Part shown: positions 57,429 to 64,000 of the stretch, piece by piece | Layout: every line of letters begins with the position of its first letter | Position numbering within the stretch: the stretch's first letter is position 1 | Assembly (NCBI GenBank): GCA_964492875.1 | Contig: CAZBLD010000004.1 | Coordinates: forward strand, 57,165-121,164 | DNA: 64,000 nucleotides | Origin: an uncultured Planctomycetaceae bacterium | Lineage (GTDB): Bacteria; Planctomycetota; Phycisphaerae; Sedimentisphaerales; UBA12454 | Direction of reading: 5' to 3' | Made by a program: the position numbers and the translations under genes | The notes under the pieces: model-generated | What the model saw: only the letters and a program-made list of their open reading frames with translations | What the model was told of the DNA's origin: nothing | Databases searched by the model: none

Positions 57429-57794
57429 ATGAAACATCTTAAAAAACAAACGCTGGATGGTAACGTTGAGACTCTTTTGCTGGCAATTCTGCAATCAGGC
57501 TCAAGTTATGGTTATGCTATAATTAAGGAACTGAATAGCCGTGCTGAAGGGCTGCTGGAGATGGGCGAAGGCACTATTTACCCCGTTCTTCACCGTCTCG
57601 AGGAAAAAGGCCTGATAACTTCCTACTGGTCTGATGCCGAAAACAACCGGCAACGTAAATACTATCGACTTTCACCTAAGGGCAAAAAAGCCTTGTCGGC
57701 CAATTATGTTCAGTGGCAAACGATGTCAAAAGTAATTGAAAAAGTCCTTGCCCCGACCGGTAAACTTGCCCCTATACTTTTATGGAAAGGATAA
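57429..57794 (+). CDS. PadR-family transcriptional regulator
   Basis: LLLAILQSGSSYGYAIIKEL...GTIYPVLHRLEEKGLI..W......RKYYRLSPKGK. I prefer the ATG at 57429 over the longer ORF from 57384. Confidence 0.88.
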   Translation: MKHLKKQTLDGNVETLLLAILQSGSSYGYAIIKELNSRAEGLLEMGEGTIYPVLHRLEEKGLITSYWSDAENNRQRKYYRLSPKGKKALSANYVQWQTMSKVIEKVLAPTGKLAPILLWKG

Positions 57795-57798
57795 TATT

Positions 57799-58470
57799 AT
57801 GAGTCAGACATTGGAAAAATATCTCGACCGTATAATGAGTTATGCCAATCGCAACAAAAGTGATGCTCCAAAAATCAGAGCAGAACTCCAAGACCATTTG
57901 CTCAAAAAGATTGAGGAGTTAGAGGCACAAGGCGTAAAACCCCAAGACGCAATATTTCAGGCTATCGAAACTCACGGCAATCCGAGAAATATCGGCTACG
58001 GTTTAAGACCGAGGTTTCCGTGGATTGATATAAGGACAAAAGGCACTGCAAGAGGATTTATTGCTGTCGGTCCAAAAGCGGTCGGTGTTATAGCTTTTGG
58101 CGGAATTGCCTGCGGTGTTGTGTCCTATGGCGGTCTTGCGATAGGTTTGTGGTCTTTCGGGGCTCTTACGATAGGTTTGATTACAGCTATAGGATATTGG
58201 GCATTTTCTCCTGCCGGTTGGGCCTATGGGGTAGTAGCTCTGGGTCTTATGGGAACTATAGGTGTTACGGGAGGAGGGTCATTATCGGCAGGTATTAAAG
58301 GGGGCGGTTTGCTGGCGGTCAATGTTGTGATGTTTTCTTGGATATTGCGCATATGTATGCTGACTTTCTTGATAAGTTGTATAATTACGCTGGTAGTCCG
58401 GCTGTTAATGTTTTTATCAAGGCGCAAACAGCGGAGAATAATACAGGCAGCCCCCTCGCCGGCTGAATGA
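57799..58470 (+). CDS. PadR-associated membrane protein (N-terminal helical 'permease-prefix'-like domain, Gly-rich TM region)
   Basis: LEKYLDRIMSY...IRAELQDHLLKKIEELEAQGV...AI...GNPRNIG, followed by about 5 Gly/Ala-rich hydrophobic segments. ATG at 57799, 4 nt after the padR stop. Confidence 0.6.
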   Translation: MSQTLEKYLDRIMSYANRNKSDAPKIRAELQDHLLKKIEELEAQGVKPQDAIFQAIETHGNPRNIGYGLRPRFPWIDIRTKGTARGFIAVGPKAVGVIAFGGIACGVVSYGGLAIGLWSFGALTIGLITAIGYWAFSPAGWAYGVVALGLMGTIGVTGGGSLSAGIKGGGLLAVNVVMFSWILRICMLTFLISCIITLVVRLLMFLSRRKQRRIIQAAPSPAE

Positions 58471-58496
58471 GAATTAATGACGGATTTTAGTCTTTT

Positions 58497-58530
58497 AAAA
58501 AGGCCGATTTGAAAAAGTCGGCCTTTTTTG
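58497..58530 (+). terminator. Paralogous terminator cassette 2 (AAAAAGGCCGATTTGAAAAAGTCGGCCTTTTTT)
   Basis: Perfect GGCCGA/TCGGCC stem with a T6 tail. Confidence 0.8.
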
Positions 58531-58531
58531 C

Positions 58532-58559
58532 TTTACAAATATCCAAAAATTTGTAAAAT
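58532..58559 (+). promoter_or_regulatory. Promoter candidate for xylA (TTTACA-16-TAAAAT) with embedded 8-bp inverted repeat
   Basis: TTACAAAT (58533-40) / ATTTGTAA (58549-56) spans the spacer and the -10. Confidence 0.4.
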
Positions 58560-58641
58560 GCCGGAGACTTGTTTAGGAAGGGTTTTTGTAGCTAATTGTT
58601 AACAAAGGCGTTATAGGATTTTTCAAAAACAGGAGTTTGTT

Positions 58642-59952
58642 ATGAAAGATTTTTTTCCGAATGTAAAGAAAATAAAATATGAAGGGCCGAAGTCGAAAAA
58701 CCCGCTGTCCTTCAAGCACTATAATCCCAAAGAAAAGATACTCGGCAAGACGATGGGAGACCATCTTCGATTTGCGGTCTGTTACTGGCATACATTAAAA
58801 GGACTCGGCAGCGACCAGTTCGGCTCAAATTCCATTATCCGCAGTTATAATCAGTTTAATGACCCGATGGAGGTCGCTGAAGCGACGATGTATGCAGCGT
58901 TTGAATTCTTTACGAAACTCGGCGTAAAGTTCTGGTGCTTTCACGATAGGGACATAGCTCCACAGGGAGAAAATCTTGCCGAGACGAATAAGAATCTTGA
59001 CAGGATTGTCGCCTTGGCAAAAAAACTCCAGAAGGATACCGGTATAAAGCCATTATGGGGCACGGCAAATTTGTTCAGCCACAGAAGATTTATGGCAGGG
59101 GCGGCAACGAATCCCTCACCCGATGTTTTTGCTTATGCGGCAGCTCAGGTTAAAAAAGCTCTTGAAGTTACGAAAGAATTAGGCGGAGCAGGCTACGTTT
59201 TCTGGGGCGGCAGGGAAGGCTATGATATGCTTCTTAATACGGATATGAAACGCGAATTGGACCACCTGGCGAAATTTATGCACCTGGCGATTGATTATAA
59301 AAAGAAGATTGGGCTCAGAGGGCCGTTTTATATCGAGCCAAAGCCGAAAGAGCCGACAAAGCATCAATATGATTTCGATGCGGGAAACTGTTTTGCGTTT
59401 TTGCAAAAGTACGGCCTTTTAAAATATTTCAAGCTGAATATCGAAGCCAACCACGCTACTCTTGCGGGGCACAGCTTTCACCATGAGCTTCAATTCTGTG
59501 TGGATAATAGTATTCTTGGCTCGGTCGATGCCAACAGGGGCGATTTGCTTCTCGGCTGGGACACCGACCAGTTTCCTACAGATATTTACGAAACGGCTCT
59601 TGCGATGTATATAATTTTAAGCGGCGGGGGGTTCACAACGGGCGGGTTGAATTTTGACGCTCACGTTCGTCGGCAGTCGATTATGCCGGAAGATTTGTTC
59701 TATGCTCATATCGGGGCGATGGATGCATTTGCAAGGGGCCTTAAAATTGCTGCAAAGATGATTAAGGACGGCAAATTCAGGAGAATGTTAAAGGCTCGTT
59801 ACGGCGGCTGGGACAAAGGCATCGGCAGAAATATTGAGAAAGGCAAGACAACTTTTGAACAATTAGAAAAATATGCGCTGCGAAAAGGAGAGCCGAAGCT
59901 GCAAAGCGGCAGACAGGAACTGCTGGAGAATCTGCTGAACGAATACATCTGA
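58642..59952 (+). CDS. xylA: Xylose isomerase
   Basis: [52 protein letters not shown]. Confidence 0.96.
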   Translation: MKDFFPNVKKIKYEGPKSKNPLSFKHYNPKEKILGKTMGDHLRFAVCYWHTLKGLGSDQFGSNSIIRSYNQFNDPMEVAEATMYAAFEFFTKLGVKFWCFHDRDIAPQGENLAETNKNLDRIVALAKKLQKDTGIKPLWGTANLFSHRRFMAGAATNPSPDVFAYAAAQVKKALEVTKELGGAGYVFWGGREGYDMLLNTDMKRELDHLAKFMHLAIDYKKKIGLRGPFYIEPKPKEPTKHQYDFDAGNCFAFLQKYGLLKYFKLNIEANHATLAGHSFHHELQFCVDNSILGSVDANRGDLLLGWDTDQFPTDIYETALAMYIILSGGGFTTGGLNFDAHVRRQSIMPEDLFYAHIGAMDAFARGLKIAAKMIKDGKFRRMLKARYGGWDKGIGRNIEKGKTTFEQLEKYALRKGEPKLQSGRQELLENLLNEYI

Positions 59953-59993
59953 AAAATAGTAGGGGGTAGGGTTCAGGGTATAGCAATTTTGTG

Positions 59994-60037
59994 AAAGGCT
60001 GATTGAAAAATTGGCCTTTTTATTTTTTTGTCGCAAA
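59994..60037 (+). terminator. Paralogous terminator cassette 3 (degenerate: AAAGGCTGATTGAAAAATTGGCCTTTTTATTTTTTT)
   Basis: Same architecture as the other three, with two wobble pairs and a long T tail after xylA. Confidence 0.6.
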
Positions 60038-60101
60038 GGGGGGTTTTTCTGCACTATATAGTGAGAGTTCGAATTCTCGAAAAGCTCTTTGAGAGGCGTT
60101 A

Positions 60102-60626
60102 ATGGCTGAAAACGACAAATACTACATTGAACAGTGCTTAGACGGCAGGCCGGATGAATTCCGGTATCTTATTCGGCGGTATCAAACGGCCGTAACTGCT
60201 TATTTGACAGGTAAATTAGGCAATAGAACTTCTGTTGAGGAGGCTGCACAGGAAACCTTTGTCCGGGCATATTTCGGGCTGACTGACCTGAAAAAACGTG
60301 ATTCTTTCTATTCGTGGCTGCTGGGTATTGCAAACCGGGTAGCGAAAGAACAATTGAGAAATAAAAATCAATTTGCTGATATGGACTTGCTGCCCGAGCA
60401 GCAAAGCCGGGAGCAAAAAGCTGGAGATGATTTTGAGTTGCAGCGGGCTTTTGCAAAGCTGCCGGATTCTTACAGGGAAATACTTCTGCTGAGATTCTAT
60501 GCCAGTCAATCCTGTCAGCAGATTGCCGGCAATCTCAATATGCCGCTCGGCACAGTTACAAAAACACTTTCGAGAGCTTATTCGGAATTACGCCGATTGC
60601 TTGAAAAACAGAAAAATGAAAGATAA
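60102..60626 (+). CDS. ECF-type RNA polymerase sigma factor
   Basis: Region 2 (AAQETFVRAYFGL..L....F.SWLLGIANRVAKEQLR) and region 4 (LPDSYREILLLRFYASQSCQQIAGNLNMPLGTVKT.LSRA). Confidence 0.88.
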   Translation: MAENDKYYIEQCLDGRPDEFRYLIRRYQTAVTAYLTGKLGNRTSVEEAAQETFVRAYFGLTDLKKRDSFYSWLLGIANRVAKEQLRNKNQFADMDLLPEQQSREQKAGDDFELQRAFAKLPDSYREILLLRFYASQSCQQIAGNLNMPLGTVTKTLSRAYSELRRLLEKQKNER

Positions 60627-60638
60627 TGAGGTGCAAAA

Positions 60639-62012
60639 ATGAATTGCACAGAATGTATTGAAAAACTTGTTGAATATATCGAAGGGCTTTTGCCTGATTC
60701 ACAGAAACAGCAGCTTGAAGCGCATCTGAGAGGTTGCCAAAAATGTCAGACCGAATTACACCAGATAACTTCTCTTGGCAAAAGGATAACTTCTGATGCC
60801 GAAAGCAAACAGTCGGCTGATTTCGAAAATGCGGTATTAAATCGGATTGTTCGTGAACAAAGCTTAAAATTAAAGCGGGCTGACAGAATTAATCGTCAGC
60901 GCCAGATTTGGAGAATGATTATGAAAAGCAGAATAACAAAATTCGCCGCTGCTGCGGTGATAGTCGTTGCAGCGGTTTTAAGCGTAAATATCTTTCATAA
61001 ATCTGTTCCTGTGGCGTCTGCGGCACAAGTGTTGCAGAATGCGGTTGAGGCGGTATCCAATGTGTGGTCGGTACATATGAAGGCGAGAATGCGCACATTA
61101 CCGGCTGACAACTTTTCTCTGATTGGGGTCAACTATGAATTTGTGCCGATTGAAGTGTGGAAGAAGGTTGACGACTCCGGGCAGATAAAATGGAAAGTCG
61201 AAAAACCCGGGAGGATGCTTGTTATGGATGGAAACTCTACAACGTTTTTGGTAAAGCCCAATTTTATTCGAAAATCAGGACCATCTTCCTATATCAGGGG
61301 CTATGATTGTGATTGGCTGGGAAGATTGGCCGATGTCAGAGACCTTCTCGAAAGCGAATACAAATACGTCTGCCACGCCAGAAACACCGAATCGCTGCTC
61401 AGGCATGATACGGTTGACGGGAGAGAAAAACTTATACTTGAAGTTGATTTTACCGCTCAGGGCGATTACACAAACGACTATCTTAAAAATTCTTTTCTGG
61501 GTGACTCAGACCGCACAAATATTTATTGTTTTGACGCTGAAACGAAGTTGCTGGAAGGTTTCAAAATAATCGTTCACGCCGAGCAAAAAGATATCCTTGT
61601 TTTTGAAACCACCCAGATAGAATATAACCCTCAAATCACTGACGGGATTTTCACTCTTGAGTTGCCGGCTAATGTGATTCAATTCAAAGAGCCTGAAATT
61701 TTGTCTGACAATGAGAAATATCGGAAGATGTCTCCCAAAGAAACAGCGCAAGCCTTTTTCCAAGCCTGCGCTCAGGAAAACTGGGACGAGTTTTTGAAAT
61801 TCTGGATGATGTCGGATGTGGATTCGAAAATAAAGGGTTATCTTGGAGGTTTGGAAATCATAAGTATCGGAGAACCTTTCAAGTCGGGGCTGTATCCGGG
61901 CTGGTTTGTGCCGTATGAAATTAAGGTGAGAGATGGTACTGTTAGAAAACATAATCTGGCGGTTCGAAACGACAACGCCGCGGGGCGATATGTTGTTGAC
62001 GGCGGGATTTAG
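60639..62012 (+). CDS. Anti-sigma factor (zf-HC2) with single TM and large extracytoplasmic domain
   Basis: N-terminal CTECIEKLVEYIEG...LEAHLRGCQKCQ (H-x3-C-x2-C) and TM helix ITKFAAAAVIVVAAVLSV. Directly follows the ECF sigma gene. Confidence 0.8.
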   Translation: MNCTECIEKLVEYIEGLLPDSQKQQLEAHLRGCQKCQTELHQITSLGKRITSDAESKQSADFENAVLNRIVREQSLKLKRADRINRQRQIWRMIMKSRITKFAAAAVIVVAAVLSVNIFHKSVPVASAAQVLQNAVEAVSNVWSVHMKARMRTLPADNFSLIGVNYEFVPIEVWKKVDDSGQIKWKVEKPGRMLVMDGNSTTFLVKPNFIRKSGPSSYIRGYDCDWLGRLADVRDLLESEYKYVCHARNTESLLRHDTVDGREKLILEVDFTAQGDYTNDYLKNSFLGDSDRTNIYCFDAETKLLEGFKIIVHAEQKDILVFETTQIEYNPQITDGIFTLELPANVIQFKEPEILSDNEKYRKMSPKETAQAFFQACAQENWDEFLKFWMMSDVDSKIKGYLGGLEIISIGEPFKSGLYPGWFVPYEIKVRDGTVRKHNLAVRNDNAAGRYVVDGGI

Positions 62013-62041
62013 AAAATAGCTTGATTTTTTGAGCGTTTTAG

Positions 62042-62071
62042 AAAGGCCGATTTTAAAAATCGGCCTTTTTT
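62042..62071 (+). terminator. Paralogous terminator cassette 4 (AAAGGCCGATTTTAAAAATCGGCCTTTTTT)
   Basis: Perfect stem with a T6 tail. Followed by a GATTGGTTTTTGGGGCGAAAATGAGG tract that also follows cassette 1 (GTTGGTTTTGGGGGCAAAAATAGGG). Confidence 0.8.
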
Positions 62072-62133
62072 GATTGGTTTTTGGGGCGAAAATGAGGTTT
62101 TTAGGAGAATTTTCAAAAAAATTTATTTTTTTA

Positions 62134-62168
62134 TTGCATATAAGCTTTGTGATATTATAATAATATCA
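62134..62168 (+). promoter_or_regulatory. Promoter (TTGCAT-16-TATAAT) overlapped by a 19-bp perfect palindrome
   Basis: TTGCAT at 62134-39 and TATAAT at 62156-61. TGATATTAT-A-ATAATATCA (62150-68) covers the -10. A further TGATAT half-site follows. Confidence 0.5.
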
Positions 62169-62206
62169 TAATGATATTTATGTATTAAGATTTAAGGAGT
62201 AAAATT

Positions 62207-63154
62207 ATGCAAGAACGTCAAGTGACAAGATTGAGCGGTTGGGTAGTTTTGCCGGTGGCAATAGTAACATGGTTGCTCGTGCCAGCAATTGTCATCTATG
62301 CCGGTAAGCACGGACGGCCGGACTTTTTGCTCGTTTTGACAATTATATGTAATGTTTTGCTGGCGATATTTTTGTCTCTGGGATTTTTCACACTGCAGCC
62401 GAATGAGGCAAGGGTATTGATTCTTTTCGGCAAATATGTCGGCACTGTAAAAAAGGATGGGTTTCACTGGGCCAATGCTTTTACAGTCCTTCGCGGCGGT
62501 TTTATTGCGACCCGCGAAGGCAAAGGTCAAGTTCAATTTGCCAGGGGTAAAAACAAGTATCATGTTTCATTGAGAGCCCGCAATTTTCAAACTGACATAC
62601 TGAAAGTCAATGACCAGCGAGGCAACCCTATAGACATTGGAGCAGTAGTAGTATGGCGGGTGGCTGATACAGTTAAAGCCCTGTTTGATGTGGACGATTA
62701 CGAACAATATGTCAAAGTGCAGAGCGAAACGGCCGTAAGACATCTGGCTAATATGTATTCCTATGACCAAGGAGACGATAACGAGGAAGCGGAACTGACT
62801 CTGCGGGGCAGCAGTGAAACCATCAATAATACGCTCAAAAATGAATTGCAGAGCCGGTTGGCTATGGCTGGCGTTGCAGTTGAAGAAACTCGGTTGACTC
62901 ATTTGGCTTACGCGCCTGAGATTGCAGGTGCAATGCTGCGGCGTCAGCAGGCACAGGCGATAATCGCCGCCAGAAAGAAAATTGTCCACGGTGCGGTAAG
63001 CATGGTGGAAATGGCGCTGTCAGAATTGTCCGCCAAAGACGTTGTGAAGCTGGACGAAGAACACAAGGCCACAATGGTCGGAAATCTGCTGGTTGTGCTT
63101 TGCGGCGAAGCGCAGGCGGAACCGGTAATTAACGCCGGGACGCTCTATCGTTAA
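62207..63154 (+). CDS. SPFH/band-7 domain membrane protein
   Basis: Two N-terminal TM helices, then FTLQPNEARVLILFGKY.G........W.......VSLR..NF....KVND..GNPI.I.AVVVWRV.D, typical of SPFH domains. Confidence 0.8.
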   Translation: MQERQVTRLSGWVVLPVAIVTWLLVPAIVIYAGKHGRPDFLLVLTIICNVLLAIFLSLGFFTLQPNEARVLILFGKYVGTVKKDGFHWANAFTVLRGGFIATREGKGQVQFARGKNKYHVSLRARNFQTDILKVNDQRGNPIDIGAVVVWRVADTVKALFDVDDYEQYVKVQSETAVRHLANMYSYDQGDDNEEAELTLRGSSETINNTLKNELQSRLAMAGVAVEETRLTHLAYAPEIAGAMLRRQQAQAIIAARKKIVHGAVSMVEMALSELSAKDVVKLDEEHKATMVGNLLVVLCGEAQAEPVINAGTLYR

Positions 63155-63199
63155 GCGAACAGGATTAAGTTTTGAAAAAATTTACAGTTTTATACTATT

Positions 63200-63382
63200 A
63201 TGGCTCAAAAAAAGGATTTTCTTCTGCGTATAGACCCTGCGATATGGAATGAACTGCAGGCTTGGGCTGCTGATGAACTGCGAAGCGTTAACGGGCAGAT
63301 TGAGTTCATTTTGCGAAAAGCGATTGAATCGCGCGGACGAAAAGTTCATGACGAGACGAAGGATAACACAAACCCCTTGTGA
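63200..63382 (+). CDS. Arc/MetJ-type ribbon-helix-helix DNA-binding protein
   Basis: 60 aa. KKDFLLRIDPAIWNELQAWAADELRSVNGQIEFILRKAI is the beta-strand/helix/helix pattern of Arc-like repressors. Confidence 0.65.
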   Translation: MAQKKDFLLRIDPAIWNELQAWAADELRSVNGQIEFILRKAIESRGRKVHDETKDNTNPL

Positions 63383-63460
63383 AATATTCTTAAATTTTTT
63401 GTAATAAAAGGGTTTTAGTGGTGTATAATTAAAAAAATAATACTTTTAAGGAGAGCTAAA

Positions 63461-64000
63461 ATGAAGATTAAGAGAATAGTTTCAATTTTTGTGTATGTTC
63501 TTGTTTTGTCAGCGGTTGTGTGTCTTGCTGCTCAGGAAGGTCAGACCCCAGCCGGTAAAATTGACCTGAAATTGCGCCTTAAGGCAGGCGAATCTCACGA
63601 AATGAAGATGACGCAGACCCAGAACATTGCCCAGACGATGAACGGCCAGGAACAAAAGATGACTCAGGTGCAGGAAATGATTATGGGCCAGGATGTCCTG
63701 AGCGTCGACGCCAACGGCAATATGGATGTCGAAATGACCTATAAGTCTATAAAGGTGGTTATGGACGGCCCGATGGGACATCTCGAATTTGATACGGCAA
63801 ATCCTAAACCACCGGACCCAAACAGGCCTGATGAAAAAATACTTGCCGGGATATTCTCAGCAATGGCCGGCAGTAAGTTTCAGATGAAGGTTTCTCCTAC
63901 AGGCAAAACCTTAGATATTCGCGGTCTTGAGGCAATGGTTGCAAGGATGAAGGAAAAAATAGGCAGTAATCCTGAAATGCAGGGATTGGATAAATTCTTT
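63461..64000 (+). CDS. Secreted hypothetical protein, N-terminal part (runs off window)
   Basis: Absent from the ORF track (open at the edge). AAGGAGAG RBS. MKIKRIVSIFVYVLVLSAVVCLAAQEG signal peptide, then a Met/Gln-rich beta-like sequence. In frame to base 64000. Confidence 0.55.
   Translation, partial: MKIKRIVSIFVYVLVLSAVVCLAAQEGQTPAGKIDLKLRLKAGESHEMKMTQTQNIAQTMNGQEQKMTQVQEMIMGQDVLSVDANGNMDVEMTYKSIKVVMDGPMGHLEFDTANPKPPDPNRPDEKILAGIFSAMAGSKFQMKVSPTGKTLDIRGLEAMVARMKEKIGSNPEMQGLDKFF

Overview
This window is a gene-dense bacterial chromosomal segment with about 60 protein genes and one tRNA. No rRNA genes or CRISPR arrays are present. It looks origin-proximal. It carries dnaN-DUF721(DciA-like)-gyrB, dnaE, recA and an orphan parB preceded by two canonical parS palindromes. 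Coding-strand preference also shifts from mostly minus (left ~48 kb) to mostly plus (right ~15 kb).

Most of the content is housekeeping:
- Translation and RNA: alaS, gltX, der, rimO, trmB, tRNA-His.
- Metabolism: ppdK, glyA, xylA.
- Envelope and signalling: pgsA, lpxB, mlaEF, cdaA-cdaR.
- Energy conservation: a complete rseC-like + rnfCDGEAB operon.

The gene content fits an anaerobic Gram-negative lineage, possibly PVC/Planctomycetota-like. I cannot establish taxonomy from the sequence alone.

There are two visibly AT-richer accessory patches:
- Left end to ~6.8 kb: a partial HARE-HTH/COG2958-like gene, an HNH-AP2 nuclease, and an overlapping pair of a three-Cys Gp37/Gp68 (DUF5131) protein with a TcmP-like partner. 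This pair has no assigned function and is my best candidate for an undescribed system.
- 14.2-16.1 kb: a compact type II restriction-modification cassette.

The window also carries several short structured repeat families:
- A 67-nt palindromic element present twice in thpR, once in-frame inside the gene and once supplying its stop codon.
- An AGCCAC...GTGGCT element that exactly fills three intercistronic gaps.
- Four paralogous terminator cassettes.
- TCCCGCACCTA inverted-repeat pairs.

All calls rest on reading the ORF translations and the DNA by eye. No searches, GC statistics or RNA folding were computed.
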